A stretch of DNA of 24,000 bases from an uncultured Verrucomicrobiales bacterium (GCA_937891465.1 CALAHF010000176.1:30983-54982), one strand, 5' to 3'; shown: positions 9,801 to 18,686, counted from the first letter of the stretch. The notes: generated by a model not told the origin, from the letters alone. Made by a program: numbers and translations.

Positions 9801-12800
9801 AGCGCCTGATTTTGCATTTTTAAGCGCTTTGCGGGTCGTGGAGTTGGCTGCGCTCAGAACCTTTTCGCAGGCATTCATTGCTCCGTCATAATCGGCATGA
9901 TTAAATTTTTCCAAGGCAAGAGCGAGCGCGCTCTTGGAATCCCACGGACGCAAATCGACGAGTTTCTCAAGTACCCGAATTTCTGAATCGATGATCCCTG
10001 ATTTGCGATAATAGGTGGCCATTTCTTCCAGAAAATCAGCGTCCTGTCCGAACTTCGATTCCAGTCGACGGCGAATTAAGTCCGCTTCTTTCAGTCGCAG
10101 ATCCTTTTCCAACATGGTGATGAGAGACTTCCAGCTTTCGATGCTGGCATCTTCTTCGCTGTGTGCGATCAACTGACGTCGGTAATAAATGGCCGCCTTC
10201 AGATCGTCCGAATTTCCGGCCATTTCCCCGAGCTGGATCAATAAATCCCGATCGTGGCCCGACATGTAGTAGGCCTTTTTCATCGCTTCGAAGGCCAAAT
10301 CTTCGTTGCCGGCAGCGCGATGAATTTTTGCCAAAGCCTCAGGGAAAAATCGATCGAATGGTTTTGCCCGAGTCAGTTCTTCGTATTTTTCGCGAAGCCA
10401 GGGAAGCAGGAAATGACGTTGGGCGAGCGTAAGTTGCGTATCGAATTGTTTTCGTTTTTGAATTGGATCGGTGTCGCGCTGAATTAAATTCAACTGAACT
10501 TTCAGCGCTTCTTCCGGCATCCGCTGGCCAACCAGTGCGGTGGTCAGCTGCTTGATGATCTGGCGCTTCTCAAATAAATTTGAACGCCGATAAGCATCCC
10601 GCCACACGTCAATTTGTCGCTGATTACTGCTCAATCGCTGATAGGATTTCGCCAACGTTTTCAGCGTGCCAAGCGAAGCGTCCGGTTTGGCCGCCAGCTT
10701 TTTCAGTGTCCGAATGGCTTCGTCTTCGAACCCGAGCAGGAAGCGGACTTCAGCCCACTGCTGAAGGTATTCATCTTGATTTGCGGGATCGATTTCAGAC
10801 AACGTTTTGAGATGCCGTGCTTGAAACGTGGGGCGCTCCAGCTGAACGGCCATTTCTAAAAGCAGCTTTTCGACTTCAACGCTAGGATCCTTTGCTTCGG
10901 CTTTTGCTTTTGATAGCTGATTAAAGCACTCCTGCGTGTCCTGCATTTTAAACGCCCACCAACCGGCGCGATAACGAGTTTCCTGAGTCGGATTCTCATT
11001 GGCCTCTTTCACGATGTTTTTGAAGTAGGCCAACAGTCTTTTCGGCGGAGGCTCCTCAGCTTCCCGCCGTCCGCGCGAGGCCGCCGCCGCTGCTTTTCGA
11101 TATTGCTCGACGCTTTCCAGAAGGGCGGATGAATTTGAGGCAGGCGTCGCATTTTCTTCGACCGGTTTGTCAACAATCCCTCGGAGCAGGCTGAAAATCC
11201 GCTGATCGATTTCCGATTTTTTTTCCAAACCGATGGACAAGTCGCGAACTTTCTCGAGTGAATCTAAAGTCGGGTTGAGCGCCTTTTGATCCATCAGAAT
11301 TTCGGCTTTCGCTAAATGGAAATTCGCTTGTTTTGGAAAAAGCGAGATGGCTTCGTCGATCGCTCGCATTGCTTCGGGCAGCAATTCCATGTCGCGAAAG
11401 CCAACGCTCACCTCATGCAACCGCCGCGCGCGATCGGTTTTCGCTTCGCCGGCAGATTTCACATAACCCTTCAACGTTTCGATCGCCTGATCGCGCCGAC
11501 CTCGCTCCTGCAAAAAACGGGCGAGTTTGATCGGGGCCGATCCCATATCGGGATCGTCGATTTGGCCGCGCAGCATTTTTTCGACAATGCCGTCCAAATA
11601 ATGCTCTCTCGCGAATTCCAGGACTTGGGAGCGATTGTCGGCATCTGGATTTTTCTCTTCCAAATAACGGCTCAACATCGTTTCGGCTGCTGCCCGGCCC
11701 TCGGAATTCAAAGCTACTCGGCATCGCAGCAAGGTGAATCGAAAGGGCGCATTTGGATTTTCCTCCAGAAGTGAATCGAGAATTTCAGCGGCTTCTTCAT
11801 AGCGGTCGTTCTCCATGCAAATCAGCGCATGGCGGACACGATAATCGGTGTTTGCCGGAACCAATTCGGTGAGTCGTTTTACCCATTTTTCTTCAGCTTC
11901 GGGATCGGCGGTTAAGCGATAAAATTCGGTCAGTTTCACCACGGCCTGTTCCGAGGGGCGATCCTGATCAGCTTCGACTTTGAGTTCGGCCTCTAATTCA
12001 CTGAGTCGCCCGAAACGCTCATGAAGTCTCACCAATTTGGTGAACAAACCTTCGAATTGGTGATTTTTGAAATGGATCAGGGAAAGTCCTTCCCGCGCAG
12101 CAGCCTGAGCCCCATCGAAATCGTTGATAAATTCGTAAAGCCGATTCAGTTCCGTTAGTGCACTCAAACGCTGCTCCGGATCTCCTGCTTTCGCGCGATC
12201 CGCCAAATCGCGCAGCACCTTGATGGCGGTGTCCGTTTCCCCAACTTGGAGCAAAAACGCCACGACCTCGGTTCGGAGTTCCACGTTTGCCGGATAGGCC
12301 GTGAGCAGGGTGTTCCAAATTACGACAGCCTCTTCAATTTGATTCAAATCGCGATGAAGTGCTGCTTTTCGCATTCGAATTTTCACCCCGTCTTCAGTTT
12401 CAATCCCGATGACGTTGATTGCTTTCGTGTAGAGAGAAAGCGCCTTGGCGTCGCGTCGCTGCTGATCGGCGATTTCTGCAGAGGCTTTCAGCGCGATTGG
12501 GTCTTCTGGCTGCGAATCGAGAACCTGTCCGTAAAAATCGCGCGCGCCATCGAGGTCATCATTTTTCCGCAACAGGTGAGCGTAAATGGTCAGCGTCACC
12601 GCTGGCGCGCCTTCGGCTTTGGCTGCGTTTCCGATGTATTCGAGCAGGAGGGGAATCTGCCCTTTTTTATCGTAAAGATCCCAGAGGAGGTCGAGGACAT
12701 TGCCGAACTCCGGCTTTTTCTGAAGCAGCAGGATGTAGTGGTTCGCCAGCTTCGTATCCGAGGCCGTCCACTCAACTTGAGTCGGTTCACCTTCTTTCTG

Positions 12801-12863
12801 TGCCGTTGCTGTCGAAATCCCAAACAGCGCGGCGATCATGATTCCGGAAAACCACCGGAACAT
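6834..12863 (-). CDS. Very large secreted tetratricopeptide-repeat protein (~2009 aa from the preferred start)
   Basis: Track ORF 6834-12902; the better start is the Met at 12863 (MFRWFSGIMIAALFGISTATAQ, signal peptide). Many TPR-like helical pairs, for example PAVTLTIYAHLLRKNDDLDGARDFYGQVLDSQPEDPIAL and RVRHALICMENDRYEEAAEILDSLLEENPNAP. Confidence 0.85.
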   Translation of the reverse strand: MFRWFSGIMIAALFGISTATAQKEGEPTQVEWTASDTKLANHYILLLQKKPEFGNVLDLLWDLYDKKGQIPLLLEYIGNAAKAEGAPAVTLTIYAHLLRKNDDLDGARDFYGQVLDSQPEDPIALKASAEIADQQRRDAKALSLYTKAINVIGIETEDGVKIRMRKAALHRDLNQIEEAVVIWNTLLTAYPANVELRTEVVAFLLQVGETDTAIKVLRDLADRAKAGDPEQRLSALTELNRLYEFINDFDGAQAAAREGLSLIHFKNHQFEGLFTKLVRLHERFGRLSELEAELKVEADQDRPSEQAVVKLTEFYRLTADPEAEEKWVKRLTELVPANTDYRVRHALICMENDRYEEAAEILDSLLEENPNAPFRFTLLRCRVALNSEGRAAAETMLSRYLEEKNPDADNRSQVLEFAREHYLDGIVEKMLRGQIDDPDMGSAPIKLARFLQERGRRDQAIETLKGYVKSAGEAKTDRARRLHEVSVGFRDMELLPEAMRAIDEAISLFPKQANFHLAKAEILMDQKALNPTLDSLEKVRDLSIGLEKKSEIDQRIFSLLRGIVDKPVEENATPASNSSALLESVEQYRKAAAAASRGRREAEEPPPKRLLAYFKNIVKEANENPTQETRYRAGWWAFKMQDTQECFNQLSKAKAEAKDPSVEVEKLLLEMAVQLERPTFQARHLKTLSEIDPANQDEYLQQWAEVRFLLGFEDEAIRTLKKLAAKPDASLGTLKTLAKSYQRLSSNQRQIDVWRDAYRRSNLFEKRQIIKQLTTALVGQRMPEEALKVQLNLIQRDTDPIQKRKQFDTQLTLAQRHFLLPWLREKYEELTRAKPFDRFFPEALAKIHRAAGNEDLAFEAMKKAYYMSGHDRDLLIQLGEMAGNSDDLKAAIYYRRQLIAHSEEDASIESWKSLITMLEKDLRLKEADLIRRRLESKFGQDADFLEEMATYYRKSGIIDSEIRVLEKLVDLRPWDSKSALALALEKFNHADYDGAMNACEKVLSAANSTTRKALKNAKSGALPLLPITNSGNLGLDRMQGIIERFPFLEENLQEDLVEHLEKNHPEFDRIPTAPELIHLRAIEVAAGIISQQSEVKKSGWVNRWKRDKQASLSEKLWAFHYVGAGKETLDILTPLLIEKAAANPMEKVWFSYFSILGNQKEDLLKWINENVVEREIFPITGLFLVIADQGEARFFPMGYDDYVRDLSISENIGNRLFKELREKNDFAGAFRVGEILGKRSLSSSGDFHYLVSETAGKIGFDDQRMKWLRSALDLVHDRGAIYSLPTYYTSTASELFEATESATEKQALLEEIRTWIESNPNADRGVNLQRTIYLETLAGRTDQAIEALFPLWEYTLNESMPTGNIDTDDETERLRWSRLLSNLRFSASRFHLSRDQAARLFKVLETGTLSPTLSDDGQTELEEYEAERIALYLESLLPADRLAPLQLIANRMADPKGRMLLARTLDLRGFRREAMNVYRADAIKYPGDYSILRGFLDAAIAAGEPSAALEMIERYLSQTTAIPTGMGLEDIKRYHAEFLLQLRDVERLSQLSHLESATPPSTAAAVYSYQSALARAYQKTGNDEALLRLLKHMREQKSATKIHFLAGAKLLSNRGDMEAALEWLREIKLDQKSRNIEDEAILEIASLTENEKSLSDLIRQSEKYFDPELTVEVANKLFAAGLETEARSALLNQARKNTIAESDARSQLLAASLRLDLDSQTIPFSEIESPLRQLLDSLQNTAPRTKTFLGLVKNHGTEEWTPVLEAYLNRPDTKVATRIGLSFLSGSFDPEFAATLSDPEFDHLLESLLQFGEIGKSAAFDLINVRKHFITRTSFQGDPERQIKFFAAIDDRLRLAEVHARLIEEVGADRFSQASQSPRLPVFGARWHLARKFSDADQTDFAAALFRRYYDSIRRITNRHTPFLEDYARFAIEQKDHSLAQEILKRGFSKSVLMSISILAEFNAQLPESLDSDQIGSLFSLSEGQLIEFEEFRRQLAETGKIQDTSTPL

Positions 12864-12959
12864 CACGAGACCCACAGCTTGCAGAGTATTCGCCGACCAC
12901 ATCGATTGAGATCGTAACTGAGCCGAAGCGGGTGGTCAACCAGCGCGGGTGTGTGCTTT

Positions 12960-13006
12960 CACGATCTAATAGTATCCGTTCGACGAACCAACCCTGTTAG
13001 ATCGTG
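12960..13006. repeat. Inverted-repeat element 5 nt beyond the SRAP stop codon
   Basis: CACGATCTAATAG...CTGTTAGATCGTG: 13-bp stem with one G-U pair; same length (47 nt) and layout as the element after sucD. Confidence 0.85.
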
Positions 13007-13010
13007 AAAT

Positions 13011-13658
13011 CTAAAATCCAGGCAGCATCGAAATAGGGATGGGTCCTTTGTGATCGGAGGCCTTCATTTTGAGCGGGTTTTCGCAGTCAAAAATCTTCAA
13101 TTCACCTTTGAATGGCTGCACGAGATGCATGGGGTTTTCTGTTTCGAGAAATTCGGGGATGTCGCTTTCGTTTAGTAAGGAAGGCATCCGATGATGAATT
13201 CGTTCAACTTGATCGGATGCATCGGTTGTCAACATCGTGAAGCTGAGACCGATGGCAGGATCGGGATTCAGCTCCCACAAGCCGGCCATCAAAAACGGGG
13301 CGTCGAGTCGTTGAAAGGCGTGAGTTTGCTTTCCTCCAGTCGGTCCGGTCCATTCGTAAAAGGTGGAAACGGGAATCACGCAGCGGCGTTTTTCGCGCCA
13401 GGCATCGTCCCACATTCTGCCGTTTAATTTGTCGGATCGGGCATTGTTGATCGCGGGATTGAATGGGCGGTGGAATCCCCATCGCATTGAAACGGCTTCG
13501 ATGGAAGATTTTTCAGGGGTGAAGCGGGCCACGATTCCGGGATCGGTTTTTCTGACGCCAAAGGGCTTGGAGGCTGCTTCAATTGCGGATTTTAATCCGC
13601 GTTGCCAATTGAAAAATTTTAGATCTGAGCCAGGTCCGATGTCATATAAGTTGCACAT
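13011..13658 (-). CDS. SOS response-associated peptidase family (SRAP; YedK/HMCES-like, abasic-site cross-linking)
   Basis: MCNLYDI with Cys2, NARSDKLNGRMWDDAWREKRRCVIPVSTFYEW, IHHRMPSLL: SRAP catalytic Cys, Asn, Glu and His motifs. Confidence 0.93.
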   Translation of the reverse strand: MCNLYDIGPGSDLKFFNWQRGLKSAIEAASKPFGVRKTDPGIVARFTPEKSSIEAVSMRWGFHRPFNPAINNARSDKLNGRMWDDAWREKRRCVIPVSTFYEWTGPTGGKQTHAFQRLDAPFLMAGLWELNPDPAIGLSFTMLTTDASDQVERIHHRMPSLLNESDIPEFLETENPMHLVQPFKGELKIFDCENPLKMKASDHKGPIPISMLPGF

Positions 13659-13751
13659 TGGGAAGGAATTTAATGCTTCAAGATTGTTTCAAAAAAGTGT
13701 AAAGACTCCCCTTTCGATTCGTCGGACCCCATTCTTCTCCCTAATATTCCC

Positions 13752-14747
13752 ATGGTGAATCTTCTCATTAAAAACGATTTTGACCAGGCTTTGGCCGATT
13801 CAAATTCGCCATTGCTTCGTTCGCGCCCGGAAATTTTGCAGCTCAATGTTGGTAAGCTCTGCAATCTGACGTGCGTTCATTGTCATGTCAACGCAGGCCC
13901 AGGCCGGAAGGAAATCGTAACGGGCGATACGATTGATAAGTTGCTGACGTGGTTCGAAAAAACTGATATTCCGATTCTCGATATGACGGGCGGAACGCCG
14001 GAGATGATTCCAGATTTTAAGCGACTGGTGAAAACCGTTCGCGAATTTGATCAGCCGCGACGGGTGATGGATCGCCTGAACGCGACGATTATTAATGAGC
14101 CTGGATTCGAGTGGGTTCCTGAATTTCTTGCCGAGAACCAAGTGGAAATCATCGCTTCAATGCCGTGCTACGAGCCGGAAAACGTCAACGAACAGCGTGG
14201 CGACGGCGTTTTTGATAGCAGCATTTCAGCGTTCCAGCAGCTGAATGAGCTTGGTTACGGACGCGATCCGAATCTGATCATGAACTTCGTTTACAATCCA
14301 AACGGAGGCTTTTTGCCGCCCGAGCAGACTGCGCTCGAGGCGAAATACAAAAAGGAAATGAAGGAGCATTTCGACATCGATTTTAATTCGTTGTTCTGTA
14401 TCGCGAACATGCCGATCGCGCGTTTTGCCAGTTATTTGAAGCGGAACAATGAGCTGCAAAGCTACATGGAGACGCTGAAAGACGCTTACAATCCTGCTAC
14501 GGTGGGCGGTTTGATGTGTAAGAACACGATTAATGTCAGCTGGTTGGGTGAAGTCTTCGATTGCGACTTCAACCAAATGATGAAATTGCCGCTTCACACT
14601 GCTGACGGTGGTGATCAAAAAGAGCAGCTCTATTTGTGGGACATCGATCACGAGACTTTTGAAAATGTTCCGATTCGCACCGGAAATCACTGCTTCGGCT
14701 GTACGGCTGGAAGCGGAAGCTCCTGTGGCGGTGCGATTTCTGAATGA
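13752..14747 (+). CDS. arsS: Arsenosugar biosynthesis radical SAM protein ArsS-like
   Basis: Radical SAM motif CNLTCVHC in LQLNVGKLCNLTCVHCHVNAGPGRKE, DMTGGTPEM, C-terminal Cys-rich GNHCFGCTAGSGSSCGGAI typical of the ArsS/DUF3641 family. Confidence 0.9.
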   Translation: MVNLLIKNDFDQALADSNSPLLRSRPEILQLNVGKLCNLTCVHCHVNAGPGRKEIVTGDTIDKLLTWFEKTDIPILDMTGGTPEMIPDFKRLVKTVREFDQPRRVMDRLNATIINEPGFEWVPEFLAENQVEIIASMPCYEPENVNEQRGDGVFDSSISAFQQLNELGYGRDPNLIMNFVYNPNGGFLPPEQTALEAKYKKEMKEHFDIDFNSLFCIANMPIARFASYLKRNNELQSYMETLKDAYNPATVGGLMCKNTINVSWLGEVFDCDFNQMMKLPLHTADGGDQKEQLYLWDIDHETFENVPIRTGNHCFGCTAGSGSSCGGAISE

Positions 14748-14803
14748 ATTTCCAAAATTCAATCAATTTTCTTACCCCCCTACTTAATTAATTTTTCCAA
14801 ATC

Positions 14804-15952
14804 ATGAAGACTGACACCGTTGTTAAAGAGCGTTACGCCGAAGGCGCCCAAGTCCAGGTTCCGGCTCTCTGCTGTCCTGTTGAGTATGACCAGAAATATC
14901 TCGAAGTGATCCCAACTGAAGTAATTGAGCGAGATTATGGCTGCGGCGATCCCAGTAAATACGTGAAAGAAGGCGAGACCGTTCTCGATCTCGGCAGCGG
15001 CACTGGAAAGATCTGTTTCATCGCGAGTCAGGTGGTCGGCCCAACAGGAAAAGTCATCGGCGTTGATATGACGGATGACATGCTCGATGTGGCTCGTGAA
15101 AACGCGCCGATCATTGCTGAGCGAATCGGTTACGACAACGTGGAATTCCGCAAAGGGCGGATTCAGGATCTCCAACTTGATTTGCAGGCGCTTGATGATG
15201 AACTCAAAAAGAAGCCGGTTGGAGACGTAAATGCTTACCTCGATGCGGAAGAACTCGCTGATGAACTTCGGATCAAGAAGCCGCTGGTTGAGAGCGATTC
15301 CATCGATGTGGTTGTTTCAAACTGCGTTCTCAATTTGGTTTCCAATTCGAATCGTCGCCAGATGTTCGAGGAGATCTACCGCGTGCTGAAGCGTGGTGGA
15401 CGTGCCGTGATTTCTGACATCGTCAGTGATGAAGACGTGCCACAGGAATTGCAGGACGATCCTGAATTGTGGAGCGGTTGCATCTCAGGTGCGTTTCGCG
15501 AAGACGATTTCCTCCAGGCGTTTGAAGACGTCGGTTTCTACGGCGTTCGTATTTTGAAATACGACAAAGAGCCATGGCAAACCGTAAAAGGCTTCGAATT
15601 CCGCAGCATGACAGTGGAAGCTTTCAAAGGAAAAGAAGGCGAGTGCTACGAGCGGAATCAGGCAGTTATTTACAAAGGCCCGTTCAAGCGAGTTCTCGAT
15701 GACGATGGTCACGCAATGGAGCGCGGCAAGCGTTACGCCGTTTGCGATAAGTTTTACCAAATTTATGGAAAAGAGCCTTACGCGGATCAATTCGACCTCG
15801 TCGAGCCGCAGGAAGATATTCCGCTTGAGAAAGCTGATTTGTTTGATTGCTCGTTCACCCGTGAACGTCACCCACGCGAGACCAAGGGAATGGATTATGA
15901 TGTGACGACGGAAGCCTCAGACTGCTGCGAGCCGGATGGTGAGTGTTGCTGA
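14804..15952 (+). CDS. arsM: ArsM-like SAM-dependent methyltransferase (arsenosugar-type)
   Basis: SAM-binding VLDLGSGTGKICFIASQVVGPTGKVIGVDMT; Cys positions ALCCPVEYD, DYGCGDPS and SNCVLNLV; C-terminal DCCEPDGECC; directly downstream of the arsS-like gene. Confidence 0.85.
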   Translation: MKTDTVVKERYAEGAQVQVPALCCPVEYDQKYLEVIPTEVIERDYGCGDPSKYVKEGETVLDLGSGTGKICFIASQVVGPTGKVIGVDMTDDMLDVARENAPIIAERIGYDNVEFRKGRIQDLQLDLQALDDELKKKPVGDVNAYLDAEELADELRIKKPLVESDSIDVVVSNCVLNLVSNSNRRQMFEEIYRVLKRGGRAVISDIVSDEDVPQELQDDPELWSGCISGAFREDDFLQAFEDVGFYGVRILKYDKEPWQTVKGFEFRSMTVEAFKGKEGECYERNQAVIYKGPFKRVLDDDGHAMERGKRYAVCDKFYQIYGKEPYADQFDLVEPQEDIPLEKADLFDCSFTRERHPRETKGMDYDVTTEASDCCEPDGECC

Positions 15953-15982
15953 TCTTTGATTTAGATAATCAATTTACGTTGG

Positions 15983-16013
15983 AACAGGGTTGATTCGATG
16001 AATCAACCCTGTT
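15983..16013. repeat. Perfect inverted repeat, 14-bp stem and 3-nt loop, in the intergenic region after the arsM-like gene
   Basis: AACAGGGTTGATTC-GAT-GAATCAACCCTGTT, 31 nt after the stop at 15952; shares the AAYAGGGTT core with other loci in the window. Confidence 0.9.
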
Positions 16014-16093
16014 GTTGCGTATAGCCATGTAGTTTTGAAATAGCGCGTTTGTGAGCTTGCGGACTGCGGCTTAAATCCGCTACAACATGCGCT

Positions 16094-16795
16094 ATGAAAA
16101 CGATGAACCCATTTACAAAAATCAGCTGTCTAATTGCAGTGCTTGCTCTTGGACTTTCAGCTGTTGCCCAGGAAAAAGGATTTGTGCCGCTTTTTAACGG
16201 AAAAGATCTGACGGGCTGGAGTCCATCGAAGGAAAATCCGGATTCCTATTCCGTAAACAAAGACGGTGAGTTGGTCGTCAAAGGCGGTCGCAGTCACCTG
16301 TTTTACACGGGTGATGTGAACGGTGGAAAATTTAAGAATTTCGAGCTGAAGCTGAAGATCAAGACTTTCCCTGGTGCGAACAGCGGGGTTTACATTCACA
16401 CTGAGATGCAGGGCGAAGGCTGGCCTTCGAAGGGATATGAGTGCCAAGTCAATTCGACTCACAAAGACCCCAAGAAAACGGGTTCGCTTTATGGAATCAA
16501 AAATATTATCGTTCTTAAAGAAGGCCAAAAAGAGCCTAAAGGAGACAATGATGTTCGCAAAAAGGCACCCAGCACTGATGGCGAGTGGTTTGAGTATCAC
16601 ATCACGGTGAAAGGAAAGAAGATCACGATCAAAGTGAACGGCGAGACGACGGTGGAATATACCGAGCCCAAAGGCGGCCCGAATGCGAAAAATTTCTCCG
16701 GTCGTATTCTTTCCGAAGGCACCTTTGGATTGCAGGCCCACGATCCTGATAGCGAAATTCATTATCAGTCGATTGAAGTGAAGCTGTTGGATTGA
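16094..16795 (+). CDS. DUF1080 / 3-keto-disaccharide hydrolase-like domain secreted protein
   Basis: Signal peptide, then [17 protein letters not shown]...[28 protein letters not shown]...[22 protein letters not shown], typical of DUF1080. Confidence 0.92.
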   Translation: MKTMNPFTKISCLIAVLALGLSAVAQEKGFVPLFNGKDLTGWSPSKENPDSYSVNKDGELVVKGGRSHLFYTGDVNGGKFKNFELKLKIKTFPGANSGVYIHTEMQGEGWPSKGYECQVNSTHKDPKKTGSLYGIKNIIVLKEGQKEPKGDNDVRKKAPSTDGEWFEYHITVKGKKITIKVNGETTVEYTEPKGGPNAKNFSGRILSEGTFGLQAHDPDSEIHYQSIEVKLLD

Positions 16796-16836
16796 TTCTG
16801 TTCATTAACAGATTCACGGCATTCGCAGCCATTCCT

Positions 16837-16898
16837 ACCTTGACGCCCCAATACGGGGTCGTAGGTTGCCGCGCTCCGCGAAAAGCGCGGACTTTTTT
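16837..16898 (+). promoter_or_regulatory. Tandem hairpins, the second resembling a rho-independent terminator, immediately upstream of sucC
   Basis: Hairpin 1 about 16837-16866 (ACCT...GA..CCCC-AATAC-GGGG-TC..AGGT). Hairpin 2 16869-16890 (CCGCGCT-CCGCGAAA-AGCGCGG, perfect 7-bp stem) followed by AC and TTTTTT (16893-16898). sucC ATG at 16903. Confidence 0.6.
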
Positions 16899-16902
16899 GC
16901 CG

Positions 16903-18087
16903 ATGAACATTCACGAATACCAAGCCAAAGAGCTTTTCGATAAATTCAATGTTCCTTCTCCCAAGGGAACTGTCGCCAACACACCTGAAGAAGCTCGCGC
17001 AGCGGCTGAAGCAATCACCAGCGGTCAGATCGTGGTGAAAGCTCAAGTCCACGCCGGTGGTCGCGGAAAAGGCACTTTTAAAAACGGTTTTCAGGGCGGG
17101 GTTCACCTCGTTAAAACGGCTGATGAAGCTGCTGAAATCGCCGAGAAAATGATCGGCCAGACGTTGGTGACTCACCAGACCGGCGAAGAAGGAAAGCTTG
17201 TTTCCAAGGTGCTGATTGCTGAAGCGGTCGACATTGAGAAAGAATATTACCTCGCGATTCTGATGGATCGCGACAGCCGCAGCCCAGTGATCGTGATTTC
17301 GACTGAAGGCGGCGTAAATATCGAGGATGTTGCTGAAAATACACCTGAGTTGATTCACAACGAGGCAGTTCACCCACTCGCAGGACTTCAGCCCTATGAA
17401 GTGCGCAAGCTTTGCAAGAAACTCGGTTTCGCAGGCGATCAGGCCAAACAGTTCGCAAAATTGCTCAAGTCACTCTTCAATCTCTTCCTCGAATGTGATT
17501 GTTCGATGGTGGAAATTAATCCACTCGTGACGACTCCGGACGGTCAGGTTCTCGCGCTTGATGCGAAGTTCGATTTCGATGACAACGCGCTTTATCGTCA
17601 GCCAGAAATTGCTGCGATGCACGACCCAACGGAAGAAGATCCTCGTGAAGTTGAAGCTGCGAAATTCGGTCTCAACTACATCGGTCTCGACGGAAACATC
17701 GCCTGTCTCGTAAATGGAGCTGGCCTCGCAATGTCGACGATGGACATCATCAAGCATTACGGTGGTGATCCTGCAAACTTTCTCGACGTAGGGGGTGGCG
17801 CAACTCAGGAGCAAGTTGCAAACGCGTTTAAAATCATTCTTTCGGACCCAAACGTAAAAGGAATCCTCGTTAACATTTTTGGTGGAATCATGGATTGCGA
17901 TGTGATCGCAAAAGGCATCGTTGCTGCATGCGGCGAAGTTGACATGAACATCCCGCTGATCATTCGCCTCGAAGGAAATAACGTGGCGGCTGGACGAGAA
18001 ACGCTCAAGACTTCCGGAATTGATCTCATCACAGGTGATGATCTTGCTGATGCTGCTGAAAAAGTAGTTAAGGCGATCGCAGCGTAA
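16903..18087 (+). CDS. sucC: Succinate-CoA ligase (ADP-forming) beta subunit
   Basis: [87 protein letters not shown]. The true start is the ATG at 16903, not the track start 16792. Confidence 0.98.
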   Translation: MNIHEYQAKELFDKFNVPSPKGTVANTPEEARAAAEAITSGQIVVKAQVHAGGRGKGTFKNGFQGGVHLVKTADEAAEIAEKMIGQTLVTHQTGEEGKLVSKVLIAEAVDIEKEYYLAILMDRDSRSPVIVISTEGGVNIEDVAENTPELIHNEAVHPLAGLQPYEVRKLCKKLGFAGDQAKQFAKLLKSLFNLFLECDCSMVEINPLVTTPDGQVLALDAKFDFDDNALYRQPEIAAMHDPTEEDPREVEAAKFGLNYIGLDGNIACLVNGAGLAMSTMDIIKHYGGDPANFLDVGGGATQEQVANAFKIILSDPNVKGILVNIFGGIMDCDVIAKGIVAACGEVDMNIPLIIRLEGNNVAAGRETLKTSGIDLITGDDLADAAEKVVKAIAA

Positions 18088-18098
18088 ATTTTCAAACG

Positions 18099-18653
18099 AT
18101 GGCGGAAGACGGCTACGGATTTGCACTCGAATTTAATCGGCGATACAGCATGGCTCATCGATTGAATTCTGGGATTGCTCCGAATTGTCAGGTCCCTCAC
18201 GGGCATGACGAGGTCGTTACTGTCGAGTTGGCTGAGAAATCGAATGCAGGTCTTGATCCGGAAACCAACATGCTGGTTGAGTTTTCGAGGATTAAAGGCC
18301 GCTGGTTTCAGTGGATTGATAAATCTGTCGATCACAGCTTTCACCTCGGTCACAAAGATCCGTTGATCACTTATTTTAAAGAAAATGAGGCTCACCTGAT
18401 TCCCAAATTGTTGGTGACACCAGGGGATCCGACCACTGAACTTCGCGCAGCTTGTTATGCTGCAAAACTGGCGGCTTTTCTTGCAGAAGAGAATCCCAAT
18501 TTTTTCTGCAGTCGTCTTGCTATTCAGGAAACGCCCACCAACGCGGTTCTTTTCCGCCCTTCATTTGCTACCGATGTCGTTGCCGCTGGCGCCGAACATT
18601 GGTGGAACCGACCGGATCTTTCGATTAACGAATTTGTTGGGTCCGAAAACTAA
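18099..18653 (+). CDS. 6-pyruvoyl-tetrahydropterin synthase / 6-carboxytetrahydropterin synthase (QueD)-like protein
   Basis: YSMAHRLN (Zn His), NCQVPHGHDEVVTVEL (catalytic Cys and HGH Zn ligands), VDHSF (Asp-His), IQETPTNAV (catalytic Glu region). Confidence 0.8.
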   Translation: MAEDGYGFALEFNRRYSMAHRLNSGIAPNCQVPHGHDEVVTVELAEKSNAGLDPETNMLVEFSRIKGRWFQWIDKSVDHSFHLGHKDPLITYFKENEAHLIPKLLVTPGDPTTELRAACYAAKLAAFLAEENPNFFCSRLAIQETPTNAVLFRPSFATDVVAAGAEHWWNRPDLSINEFVGSEN

Positions 18654-18686
18654 TACCATTTTACTAAATACTAATCACTCGAAACC

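Noticed and set aside
12246-12917. Plus-strand ORFs (223 aa, and 140 aa at 12419-12841) over the 5' part of the TPR gene
   Set aside because: Antisense to a long, coherent repeat protein with signal peptide; no domain or initiation signal supports them.
16157-16762. Minus-strand ORF of 201 aa antisense to the DUF1080 gene
   Set aside because: DUF1080 coding on the + strand is clear; the antisense product has no family features.
17470-18126. Minus-strand ORF of 218 aa antisense to sucC
   Set aside because: Shadow frame of a highly confident sucC; translated product is His/Phe/Arg-rich with no recognisable domain.
18654-18686. Short CTAATA/ACTAAATACTAATC near-repeats before sucD
   Set aside because: Too short and A/T-biased to distinguish from chance.
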